Program-made: the position numbers and the translations under genes | The notes under the pieces: model-generated | Told to the model about the DNA's origin: nothing | The model's database searches: none | Seen by the model: the letters and a program-made list of their open reading frames with translations, nothing else | Shown: one piece after another, positions 51,991-64,000 of the stretch | Layout: the number at the start of each line of letters is the position of its first letter | How positions within the stretch are numbered: the stretch's first letter is position 1 | NCBI GenBank assembly: GCA_028534125.1 | Contig: CM052817.1 | Span: 61,382,001-61,446,000 of the forward strand | DNA from: Lama glama | Lineage: Eukaryota | Length of the DNA: 64,000 nucleotides | Direction: 5' to 3'

Positions 51991-52614
51991 AGGCCCTTTG
52001 GAGATGAAGTGGCTGCCCTTCTCCAGAAGTAGTTTGTGTTCCAGAGAAAGAAGCAACCATTTCCAAAATATTTCCTTCCTCAAAAAATGTAGTTCTTCAC
52101 AATTATATTATGCCTTTGAAATGTCATCATATCATGTCAAGACTGAAAACGCTATCTTTGATTTTTAAAGATCACTAGCAGAGTAGAAAGCAGGCATGTT
52201 CTTGCTCCCCTACTCTTCTGTCTCACTTGCAGTGTCATGGAGTGAGGGAGACTGTCCTTGTTGAGTGTAAGACTGTAAGCTGACCTTTATTTTTTCCAGT
52301 GCTTGCAATTTTTCCTTAGGCTTCAGAAGATGCATCTTTTCCTCTTCTGACGTATGATCATATCATAAAAATCTGGAGGGCTTTTCTTTTTTCTTTTTTT
52401 TTTTTTTTACTTTTTAGTTTGAACTGAATTCTGGATATTAGGCACATTAATCTTTTGTAATAGTCTGAGAGTTTTGTTTTTCACTAGTGTGATAGATCAG
52501 TTCTTGAATGAACTTTTCTAACGACATTCATTGTCTGAGGTACACCTTGCTCCTGGGTGCATAGGAAGATGGTAAAAATGAGGACAAGGACTATGTACTA
52601 GAACACCGTCACGT

Positions 52615-52805
52615 AAGTAATAATAGCTAAATCATTGTTATGACTTACATCTGTTAGCTCATACAGTACTCACAGCATCTTTCCTGTGCAGTAAATGATA
52701 TTCAATACTTGATTTTGAACAAAATAAAGCACAGAAGGGTGAAGTAACTTGCCTGAGGTCACCCCTTTAGTCAGTGGCAGCTCCGTACTTTGAACCCAGC
52801 CTGGC
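52615..52805 (-). mobile_element. MIR SINE
   Basis: agcacagaagggtgaagtaacttgcctgaggtcac...agtcagtggcag...tttgaacccag. Confidence 0.8.
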
Positions 52806-54394
52806 TCTCCCTCTGTCATATCCTACCCTTAGTTAAACAGACGTCTCTTTAGTGTGACATTTTGGTGCTCTTAGGGACTGCTGAAATCTAAATAACTGTC
52901 AGCTTAGCTCCCTCCTGTCGCCTGTCTCTGCCTACCCCTTCCTTCACACCAAGCATGCACAGCCAGCGCAAATGCCCTATGGCCAAAGTGCCACTGTGGT
53001 ACTAAATTTAGATTGTACTTTAGCTCACTGTTCTATTTTCTGGTTCTTTTCTCTTCTCTGAAGTCAGTATCATATGAAAGCTATAAACCTAGTAGAGCAC
53101 CCTGTCTTTTGGCACTGTGAATTGAGCACTTTTCTCAGCCATGTTTACTTGCTCTGGGCGTCAGAGGTGGCTTCTTTATTATTGAAGAAAGGAGTTTTTT
53201 GCCAACTACTTTACATGTATTAAACATCCCTGGGCCAAGTTATCTAAAACTATTAGGAAAATGGAGGTTGGTAAATCGTAGCATGGTCAGAAAGCTTGGA
53301 GTCTGGAATACCATGATTCTAAAAGCCTTCAGTAAATCTTCAGGAACATAAATCTTCAGTAAAATGATAATAATACCAGTGTCTCATGTTTGTAGAATGG
53401 TTTCCAGAATATAAAGCTTCTGTTTATGTATTTTCTTGTTGAAATCATTGATACAACATCCGGCATATACACAAATATACACATATTAATTACATAATAA
53501 TGTAATATAAATATATATTGATTCAGTAGGATTGTCATCTGAATACATTTTCTTAGTTTGCTTATTTATAAGGATTGATCCAAGACATCTCACAAATATT
53601 TTTTCTAATCTATGACTGCATCTGAAGTATTTTTCTATATAAAATACTTTTTATTCTCACTTTCTGAATTTAAAACTAAGACATTTCAGAAAGATTTATG
53701 CATTATCTATTTAGTAGAAACCTTTCAGTTACTTTCTAATATGTAAAGACTAAATGAATCACAGAAGATGAGGAATTTAAAAGACTTGTTAGCAAGTGTT
53801 TAACATGTGCTGCTGTCCTTGTAAAATTATTTTAAGCTCTATCTGTTGTCACACACTGCAGGATGAAGGAAACAATGTGGCTTTGGCTGGAGCTTATCAC
53901 TTCTCAGAATAACTTTGGTGTATTATCTTTAGTGGCATTTTTAGCTTCATTGGCCCACTTCAAAATATCCATCAGAGACACTAAAGATTGACTTAAGCTT
54001 TGATGATTTGCAGTTCCATATATGTCTAATTTTGGAACCCTGAAAGTTTGGAATTTGAAAACTCTTAACTTTGAAATTCTGCAGTATCCAACAGCAGTTC
54101 TGTCTACTTGAGGGGCAAAGGGAATAGTTCTGATATTTATAATTAATGATGTTTTTATTATTTCTCTTATTAAAAATTACCCATCATAGTATTTTGACAT
54201 TTTATTTGCACAAGCATTACTAGAAAGAAGTCCATGAAAATAGTGTGTGACTTTCTTGAAAATACACTGCACCTGAACTATGAGGTCAAAGTCCTTATCA
54301 GAATAAAATTAAATAGAGAAAGAACCAAGAGAACGAGAAATGCCAAAACGAACAAACAAACAAAAAGAATAGAAGCTTGAACTTAACATGTCTA

Positions 54395-54520
54395 TTTAAA
54401 AATTCAAATGGAAGAGCAAACATTCAAGAAGAGTTTGGAAAATTTGAAGAACAAGGTGAGAGGATTGTTGTACAGTATATCACAATGTAAAGCCAAGGGC
54501 AGTGTGGAATTGTTGATATG
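54395..54520 (+). mobile_element. Degraded L1 ORF2 fragment
   Basis: aaaattcaaatggaagagcaaa...gaagaacaaggtgagaggatt...cagtgtggaattg resembles the KFIWK...KNKVGGL...TVWYW coding region. Confidence 0.6.
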
Positions 54521-57500
54521 AGGCTGCAGAATCATTTTAATGATTCTGCTGGAAAAGGTCCTTGTCATCTCAGCATTTTCTGGCTCAGTTAAATTCACAG
54601 TTGTTGTTGCTCCTATCCACCCACCCCCACCCCACGCCCCACCCAGTGAAGCTATTTAGTTTATAAATTAGCGTTTATTTTACTAAATTTATTGTATACC
54701 TCTTTTATGCCAATCATTCTGCCAGTTGCTAAGGATAGAAAAATTGGTAATCTGAGTGAAAACTGCTGGATTTACTGTTTTCACGGGGCCCCATGAACTG
54801 CTTATACTAAACCTGGATGGTAATGAATGTATGAGCATGCAGTAAATCAAGGAGCAAGCCTTAAATTCTCTAAAATCAAGGTCCCAAAACTTTTTTGAGC
54901 TTATAAAGCTTGGAAGCTTGGAGTGGCTTACTGGGTTCATCCCCAGAGATTTTGATTTTAGAGTTAAATCTCTCTTACTCCACAGCCCACGTATGTAACC
55001 ACTGTTCCTTATTGCTTGTTTATTCCATCTCCCCCAATAAATGTTAAGATCCTTGAAGGAAGGATTCATTTCTTCAGCTCTGAGATGTCTCCTACAATAC
55101 CCATAACAGCCCTAATACACAAGAGATGCTAAAATATGCATACACATGAGGAGTTAAATCCAGGCAACGTAATGGTTTACCTAACTCGCCTTTCTGTGCA
55201 GTGTATATAGGAATAAAGGAAAAACTGAAAACAACTGAGGTCTCTCACTATGTGTCATATACTGGGCAGCTCAGAGGGAAAGGTCTTCCTCTGCAGCTGA
55301 ATATACAAGTTGTTCTTTTGTATTCTTATATGAATGTGTAAGTTGTTCTCTAAGAGGAAATGGAGGAGTGGAAGAAGCTTCCTTTCTTTTTGCTTTAGGA
55401 AATGACACTCATTCTCTGCAGAAGGATTGACTGACTTTTTGCCTATGTATGAACGGATTATTTCTTTTATGTTAAATAGGCGAAGATATTGTATAGTAAA
55501 GTTTGCTTAAGATAAGATTTTTGGCTCTGCCTAGTGAGTTTAAAGCTTGCTTTATCACTTCTCAGTAGCTACCCATTAGCTAACAAGAGTGTACTTTTCT
55601 AGCTAAGTTGACCTGTGGACACAGACGTGTGTTGACCGCTGTTGTAAGATGCATTTTGATTATTGTTTTTTTATAAATCATCACAGTTAAGTATTTTCAG
55701 AATGTGAGGCACTCTGTCTCCTTTATAAGTCATATATTCCATTTAGTGACAACTGTTTGACAGTGTAATATATACTATAGTGTAATTTTAAAATATCCAC
55801 AAGTTGTCAGGTTGAGTGGCTGAGAGATTTGTTTAAAGAAATGTGGGCAACATTCTTGTGGTTGGAAAAAATTGGGAGAAAATGAAAATATTGTTAAAAG
55901 ATATTTTTAAAGCTAATTTTGTGAAATGTATTATATCTTAAATATAGTCTTTTTAAAATAAAAATGAGAACAGACCAAATTCTAACTGTAAATATCTTTT
56001 AAATAGGAGTACTTGAAAAGACGGTATTAAAATTAACTTCTGATTATGCATTCTGTGACCTCAATAGAGCATTTGTTGACTGAGAGAAATAGATATAAAA
56101 ATCTCAAACATAGCAAAGTTTACTCATGGTAAAATCTCATTTTAATGTATACCAGTATTATTTAAGTCAAAAAAAGAAATTTTCCGTGAGATACACACAC
56201 ACTCACACACACATACATACATATATGTATATATATATATGAGAGAATATAGAGAAGGGAAAGGTTTTTCCCCTAAGATTTTGCTTCATAAAATAGTGGT
56301 ATTTGATATTGGCTAAAAAATGATTGATGTAGTTTCATACGGTGGCAGTAGAAAAAAAGGCACATTAGGTAAACATCAGGCGCCTCTGTGACGTGGTCAT
56401 AGAGCCTGGAAAGAGCAGGGCAAGATCGGGTAGCTAGGTCGTCTGGTTCGATTAGTGCTTCTGGAGCAGAAGGGAAGGGGCTAGAAATGTTGAGAAGATC
56501 TGTATGTTTTGTAGATACGGGTCTCCTTTGTTTTCTTAGTAAATCTAATTTTCTTATATGGTATTTGAAATTACTAGGCATAAATTCTCTCCTATATTAT
56601 ATTCCTAATGTTTCTACCTTATTTTACACTTTGGATCATCAAATATACTTCTTAAAAGTTAACTTTATTTGTATCAAAATATCTTATGCAACTAGTATAA
56701 GAAACTAAAAGGCTTATTTTAAAAAACTCCCCAGCCATCCCTTTTTTTGCACCTCCGTTTACCTGGTATCTTCCATCGCAGGCAACCAGTTATTTCCCCT
56801 GGTATTTACCTTTGTATTCTTACATAATAGTCATTTGCTAAGCCTCAGTTCATCAGTTTTAGTTGTTAATCACTGACTTCTTTTGGTAGATGAGATTTTA
56901 CCTTACTTATAGCCCTGCACTTCTCCTGCAACCTTTCTTGTTAATTCCATCATTTGGGGAGGATTATTTAACAGTAAATTTTTAAAATCTGTATTCAGTC
57001 TTTTCATTCTTAGGACAATACAAACACTCAGTGCTGAGCCAAAGTTTGGGATAATTCAGTGTACCAGAATTCAGTAAGAGGATTGACAGTGTCTCACAGA
57101 GAGCACTTCAGTGTATTGTGGGCCCTAGTGAAGTGTGTGAGCCACGGCCCCCCTCACTCTGTACATGAGCTTAGTGTGCTGAGCACATGATCCTGGAACC
57201 CAGCTCTCCTTGCCAGATTGCAGGCTTTTCATGTCTATAGATAAGGAAAGAGAAATTCAGCATTTCAGAGAAGACATATAGATATGGCACTGGAGGATGA
57301 ATAGATTGCATAAGCTTGTGGGAGATGTAAAAGTATTTTCTAAAAACACATTTTGTAACAATACTCTTTTTCCACATTCTTCGTATATTATTTATTGATA
57401 CTGTTCCACAGTGTTATCTGCACAGATAATGTCTTTGCTATCACATTGTCTTTGCTGGGAATCAGACATTCATCTTTCCTTTTGTTGTTGGACTTCTCGT

Positions 57501-57851
57501 TTTTTTAATTGTCTTTATAGAGTTTTCATCATTTTACTACTTAGAGCTACTTCATTGTTTTTCTGTGTCCATTTTTGTGAATACGTGCCATAATCCCTTT
57601 TAGAGGCCATCTTCCGTCAAGAGATTACAAAATCATTTGCGTTTGCGAGGCTTTCGACTTAATGCTATTATGTTCCTTGTTCTCATCTTTAAGCACTTTT
57701 AAGAAAATATTTAGTGACTTCTTTCTACTTGGAAAACAATTACACCTTTACTGAAGAACATTTGGAAGATACAGAAAATAAGAAACTCATGTGTCATCCA
57801 GAGACGACAAACATATTTTGGTATATGCTCTTCTAATCTGACTATACACTT

Positions 57852-57898
57852 TCTCTGTCTCTCTCTCTCTCTCTCTCTGTCTGTCTCTCTCTCTCTCT
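57852..57898. repeat. (CT)n microsatellite, imperfect
   Basis: tctctgtctctctctctctc... run. Confidence 0.9.
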
Positions 57899-58057
57899 TT
57901 CGACACATACTTCAGGGATATAGAGGTGAACAAAATAGGCAGGGTACCTCTCATCCTGAATCTGCTACACAAGCTAATAAAGGAGATAGTCAACATATAA
58001 TAATATAGTAATTTAATTTTATTTTGACAAATGCATATGGCATAAGAACACAGTTTC

Positions 58058-58125
58058 TTTTTAATTGAGGTATAGTTGATTTACAGTATTATATTAGTTT
58101 TGGGTATACAGCATGGTGATTCAGA
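58058..58125 (-). mobile_element. Very short L1 3' terminus
   Basis: ttttaattgaggtatagttgatttacagtattatattagttttgggtatacagcatggtgattcag; candidate TSD acagtttc at 58050-58057 and 58136-58143. Confidence 0.8.
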
Positions 58126-59546
58126 GAATACAAAAACAGTTTCAAGGAAGAGTATAGTGTTATCAAATTTATAGCAGATTTTGTCATGTAAAAAACCTTA
58201 TTATCATAATATATATTAATTGCCTCAGTAACATGCCATATTATATATAGTAAATTTGTCAAATGTTGTATCTCATTAGGAGATAGTGGTGGCCTAGTAG
58301 AATTAAATACTAGTGTGAAGAATCCTTCTTCTTTCAACTTTATCTTTCGTATGTAAACTTTTTCAGTGGAATCTTTTATTTCCACCATTGCTGCAGTGCC
58401 AGAGTAGTGAGATAGACTGCTTATACTGTTTGCCTGTGAAAGCACCAAATGATGATTATAATGTTAAGTAGATTCATTTTATAAATACATGAAATGCTGT
58501 ATAAATTATAGGCTATTTTATATGTTGACTACAAGATATAGGTGTAGGGCTAGTTAAGTTACATGTATTACATCATCATTACCCCATTACAGAACAACCC
58601 TGTGAGATAAATGGTGACCTTTTTTACAGATGAGGAAACTAATTCTGAGAAGTTAATTAACTTGAACTAACTTACTGTTGTGAAGATACTAAGTCTTGCT
58701 TGGCTGCAAATAAAATTCATGCTTTTAATTTTCTTGATATTATGCTCTCTTTTGTAATGGTGAGATAGATGAGTAGGAATTATTATACCCACTTTTCAAA
58801 TGAGAAAACAGGCATAGACAAGGCTAATATTTCAAGTATAGTAGAAAGAGAAATGAAATAGTTGTCAACCTATTCTTTCTCAACTTAGGTTTTCCTGTCT
58901 ATATATAAAAGGATTCCTTTGTATCCAACTCTATCCTATGACAATGGTACCAGGAGGCCAGTGGAATGCCTTCTGATTTTTCTGCTTGTACTTGTAATTC
59001 AACTAGAGAAGCTGTACTTTTATTTGTTTACATATTAGACCTTGTAACACATTCACGTATAACCAAGGATTACATTACTAACCTAATTTGGGAATAAAAA
59101 TTTGGACTTTCAGTTTTGATTTGCTGCTTTGCTTTTATTCTAGGTGAGACCATAAATAAATTAGTTCTCTATTATATTTTTCTATAAAATAAACTGTCAG
59201 AGTCTTTTTGATAGTAAAAAATTTAATGAGAATTAGTTTATGTAAGTGGATATTGATCTTGAGGAATGTTTTTAATAATACCATATGTTGGGTTTCCTCT
59301 CCCAAGTAGTTATGATAATTTTTTTTGTCTAAAGCATTTCATCTATAGCAGTGATATTTGAGTATATGTATACATATTTATGCTCAGTATTGTTGGTGAA
59401 CTAAATGAATTTATAGTATAGAATGAGGAATTTTGATTAGACTAGTAGGAAATTGTGATAGTTTGACATTGACTAAGTTACTGTTTATCTATCAGGAAGC
59501 CTGTAAACAATAATGATTTTTTCTGTGATTTTGATGATGTGATTTT

Positions 59547-59620
59547 TTAAAATCTGTACTTATTTTAATTTTTTAATTTTTTATTTTTTTATTGAGTTAT
59601 AGTCATTTTACAATGTTATG
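59547..59620 (-). mobile_element. Ultra-short L1 3' terminus plus tail
   Basis: ttttttattgagttatagtcattttacaatgttatg resembles the L1 end near 30238; perfect 15-bp TSD tgatgatgtgatttt. Confidence 0.8.
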
Positions 59621-61129
59621 TGATGATGTGATTTTGATGATGATATTATGAAAAGTCAGTCTAGATGACCTGTTAAGATCTATGTGTTTCTTTGATTTCT
59701 TAAGCCTTTACTGAGAATTTTGTCAATTTTCAGAAACTGGCCTGAGTATCCAATTTTATCAAACATAGGGTATACAAATATCTGGGATTCAACAAATATT
59801 TTTGATGATTCTGAAATGAAGTTTGTAATTATCTCAGCTGGACCTCCTATCTAGTGCTATTTTCATAAGTCTGCTCTACCTCTACAAATGTTCCTTCTGA
59901 GCAACTGGTTTCTTACAACCATACCCATTAGTATTCTAGCACATTTAACTGCTAGCCTCTTTCTTCAGAACTAACTTAAGACACATAATTCAACAAGAAG
60001 CACAGGGAGTCATGCCGCATCTTGTTTGCATAGGAGCAGCACCAAAGCGTGAGCCTCTGCCAGTGTTTGCTGTAGGGTAGATTCCCCTAGAAAACAGGAG
60101 ATCAGTGAGATGCTACATTGCCCTTTTATGTGACAGACAGCTGAAAACAAGGCCATGTGTGAAAGCCAAACTCTTAGATGTTCTGCATGTCAAAACGGGA
60201 ACAAAAATTATAATGCAAGTTTTATTTCCTTAAATATGGATCCCAACATTAGTTGAGGTATGCAGCTCTTCCACAGCCTTGGGTGTGGCCCATGAATATA
60301 GCTGCTAACTCTGATCTGTAATTTTTGTATTTTATTGCCGTGTATGACTGGGCCTTTGGGTTATAACCATTGATGTGAATGAAAGAGAAGGAAAGATTGT
60401 TGGATATAACGTAACGTGCGTATTTTTGGCTTTGGTATTTGTGTCATCATAGAAGTTCATAGAACTTCAGGACTTGGAAGCGCTTTTGGAGAAAGTTTAA
60501 TATGCTGGATTTCTTCATGGGTATTGGGAATAGAGCTTGTTCTCTAACCAGTCTGTGATAGTTTCTTATCTCTTCAGACTCCATTGCCAATCACTGTGAT
60601 GGTTTCAGAGGCATCCAAGGCCCACACTGTCCCCCATACATTACCTCTGCAGGCAGGTGCGCGTGATTGCCTGCCTGCCATGTGAGCCTGGTTGTTGTCC
60701 TTGCACATTGAATTCAGGGAAGTGCCAGAGGGAAATTCAGAAAAGAAGAGTCATTGACCTCACCTTTTCCTCCGTCTAACTTTTCATAAACAAATGTTGC
60801 CATCACCAAGCCCTGCATTATTGTTAGTTGAAAGAACTGTTCAGAAAACAAGTAGACCTTAGTTTCGCTCTGGGGATTTAGCAGTGACTCTGTGTATTAT
60901 GGATGATTTGTAACTGGGTTGCCTCTCCCATTTCCTATTGTGGCTGATACTCCCCCAAAACTCCATTATTATGGTAGCCAAGAACTGACGTTTTCTGAAA
61001 TGGACCAGTGAAGTGGCTTTTACAAAACTATATTGTGTTTAATGTTAGGCTTGTCTAACTTAGAAAAGCCTTGAGCCTGGGAGATTATAACTGCCATTTA
61101 TGTTCAGTTTTCATGCCATGGAGAATGAT

Positions 61130-61990
61130 AAATATCATAGCTGACACTTTAATAGTGTGTATTTACGTGGCAAGCACTATTCTAAGCACTTTACATTTTT
61201 TCCTTTAGTTTTCACAATAACCCTACAAGATGGATAAGCATTGTTGTTATTATTATCTTACATGTGAAGAAACTGGGAGAGAGTGCTTAAGTAGCTTGTC
61301 CTAAGTTCAACAACTAGTAAATGGAGGAACTAGTGTTAACTTGAAAACTGGATTTGCCTCTTGGTGGATGTTGAGCCAAAAGACATAACCAGGCCAAAGA
61401 TCAGAAGAAAGGATTTATTACTTGCAGCAAGTGAAGAGAATACCAGGGATCTTTCCCAAAGCAGTGTCTCCCTGAACAGCAAAATTAGGACCTTTCAAGC
61501 TAAGGGCACATGCATATTCATGAGGGGATGAACAGAAGAGAATTCAACATAGAATTGAGGCAGCAGTTGACAGAGGCCAAGCTTTAGTTGATTGAAGTCA
61601 TTAGAAACAGATAAGATCAACATCATCATTCCTTAGGTTCTGACCAGTCTGGGGTCTCAGCATGTAGTTATCATCCTCCACCTTCATTCCTGCAGAACCA
61701 ATGATATGTATCAGATTATTATGTCTATCCCTGAGGAGGAACTAGGGCTCTATTTTATTTCTTGACTGCTTTTCTTTTGTTCCTGCATTCCTTCACTTCC
61801 TTTAAGAACATTAATTAGTGGGATCCATTCAAAGACAAGCATTGTGGCCAGGCTTACATCACAAAGTGGCTTAAGCCAAAAAGTGGCTTCTCTTATGTCA
61901 AGAAAGCCATTCCTGGTCCCCTTTCTCCGGGGACTCCCTATCCTATCTGCTACACTAGGATTAGAATCTGGGAAATCTGCTTCTCAGCTC
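61130..61990 (-). mobile_element. MIR SINE split by an LTR (MIR parts ~61130-61333 and 61955-61990)
   Basis: aagcactattctaagcactttaca...cacaataaccctacaagat...aagtagcttgtcctaag...ctagtaaatggaggaactag|gattagaatctggg reads as one continuous MIR once the LTR is removed. Confidence 0.8.
61334..61954 (-). mobile_element. ERV solo LTR (class I/ERV1-like), 621 bp
   Basis: TG...CA termini, 4-bp TSD ctag (61330-61333 and 61955-61958), minus-strand AATAAA at ~61414-61419. Confidence 0.85.
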
Positions 61991-63479
61991 TGTGAGATAC
62001 TGGACATTCTAGGGGCTACACTGCTTATCAAAGTCACCAGGCTAAGACTTAGGTGAAGTTTTAAAATTTACCTGTGGTTTTCTTTCTTTGAGGCTAGTGT
62101 TAGTATCGGGTTTATTTGCCAGTTTGTCCTGAGTCTCTTACACCTTGTCATAAGTAATACATACCTAAGAGAAATAAAAGAATTAGTTAATACAGACAGG
62201 TTTTCAGAAAGAAAAAGTTAACACTGTATGATATAGGCTATATTATAGAGGTGTTCGTATTCCTCTGAGCTTGAAGGGTCCTTGTGGCCAGTTGGTCTCA
62301 CTTTCTCCTATGAAAGGATCCCTGCAACAGCATTACAGCCCCTACGTGAACCTCACCACTGGACAGCCCTTTCCAGTTAGACAAGTCTAATTAAGGGAAA
62401 GTCCTTTTAATTAAAAGCTCGTGGTTGGTATTCGGCAAGAACATTTTAGAAAAGCAGCCAAAAGAGTTAAGTATCAGAATAGCTATGGAAGAAAAGAATC
62501 ATTGTTATCTCGAAAGGAATCAAGAACTTTGTTTTCAAAGTTACATAAGTGCTTTTTCATTTATTGTAAATAGTTTTTTTTTTTTTAAGATCACTGTTTA
62601 GCGCACATTGTGGCTTGTTTATGAACTGGTTCTATTCTTTGGTGAGATCTCAGGTCCTTCTGTGACTCTTTGAAAAGGGGAAGTAAATGACAGGAATCTC
62701 CTGTTTGTATTCTCTAGAGATTTTTTTAAGGGCTGCTTGGTGCTAGCGTCAGGGAAATATCAGATTAGAGAATGTTTTGCTCTCACTGAAGAATCGAATA
62801 CATTTCAGGTTATCTCTTAAGAGTTAAGTGTTAGTGTTTGGCTTCTCTAATGTTTATACATTTTCAAGTAAGAACTTACTAGAGGGTGTCGTTGTTGGAG
62901 CAGTACATATAGTAACTTATGGTCAGCACTTCTGTTCTCAGTGATTATAATTCTGTCAAAAGCAAATTTGGTGAGATAGAGTTTTACAGGCATGTCCTAG
63001 CCAGAACCTTGTGTTAATTATTGTTGTTGCTAGGCCTGTTTATTTTGTGCCTTTGAGGATATTATTGAGTGCAGTACTTTTTTCACAAGTCAGAACTAGC
63101 TTAATATTTTGTGAATGGGCTATTTCAGTTCAATGAACATTTTGTGTGTGTGTGTGACCACTGTTAGGCAAATGTCATGTTTATTATATGACCTCTAAAG
63201 CTTCCAAACTCTTCTGAGTTCTCTGCCCTTGAGTCAAGATTAGTGTTTATCAAGCTGAAGCTTATTATGCATTCAGTTTACTGAGTCAGGACCAGCATCT
63301 TCCCTAACCCCCCTTTTTTTGTTTTATAAATAATATAGACTAGAACAGACTGTATTATAATGGATTGCATGTGAAAATATGTGTTTTTATTGGTTCATAT
63401 TTGTATCATGCAGGTCATGTTATAAAATGTATTTCTGACAGTGTATTGTGATGAAAAGTTTGAGAACAGTGGTCTATGT

Positions 63480-63722
63480 CAGTGCTCCTCAGTTTGCAGC
63501 CTCTGGACACTGGTGCCATTTTGGACTGTTGGTTCCTGGTCTGTCATGAGATAGGTACAGAAATTGGGGATAGGCATTTAGAAATTTTCGTAGCAATTTG
63601 ACATTGCCATGGTTTTTAAGCTTTTGATCAGCGGATTTGTCCCATTGAAAGATACAGACCAATTTGGGTGTTGTGAATGTGCATGGTTATGTTTCAAGTT
63701 GTGTAATGTTAAGAAGCGCTTA
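63480..63722. mobile_element. Old hAT-type non-autonomous DNA transposon
   Basis: cagtgctcctca...aagaagcgct degenerate inverted termini; internal similarity to the element at 21085-21535. Confidence 0.55.
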
Positions 63723-64000
63723 TTCTAGGGTCATCTTTCTAAATATTAGATTCACACCACAGTGGAGGGAACTAATTCTCTTAGGATAATATGCTTACCT
63801 TTTGGTAAAATAGGCAGAATGCATTTCTAATTTGCTATAGTTTCAGATTTTCTTTTCTGTAATGACAGAGGTATTAGAGGACATAATTTATAATGTTTTA
63901 TATTGTTCTTTGTTTACAAAAAAACCTTGGGAAGCTTTGGATTTCTAACATAGCTTTAATTTTACAAATAAATTAATTAAATTATCAGTCAGAAATAAAT

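Larger units (their letters stand above)
28951..64000 (+). other. PDLIM5: PDLIM5 intron downstream of the PDZ exon (intron 3, partial)
   Basis: GT donor at 28951; I did not recognise the next exon before the window ends. Confidence 0.85.

Noticed and set aside
1..64000. CRISPR arrays, operons, CpG-island promoter, snoRNA or miRNA genes, processed pseudogenes
   Set aside because: Eukaryotic CpG-depleted intron; no regularly spaced repeats or recognisable RNA gene or retrocopy seen by eye. An Rfam/BLAST search would be needed to exclude weak ones.

Overview
AT-rich mammalian genomic DNA, almost certainly camelid (alpaca/camel) because it carries four tRNA-derived SINEs of the vic-1 type. The window lies inside the PDLIM5 (ENH) gene on the + strand. 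The only coding sequence I can support is one 152-bp internal exon (28799-28950) encoding the C-terminal two-thirds of the PDZ domain, equivalent to human exon 3. The rest is long intron, filled with repeat fossils (L1, L2, MIR, MaLR/ERVL/ERV1 solo LTRs, Tigger1, MER2, MER5/hAT), microsatellites and a 500-N assembly gap. The other ORFs in the track look like chance or repeat-derived frames. I found no convincing new biological system. The best leads are a cluster of SRF CArG boxes with TEAD/AP-1 motifs (candidate intronic enhancer), a competing upstream splice acceptor that would create an immediate stop, a His at a PDZ position I recall as Gln in human and mouse, and several cleanly resolved nested or ultra-short insertions with target-site duplications (TSDs). 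Repeat family names come from recalled consensus sequences, not from a search, and the boundaries of old repeats are approximate.
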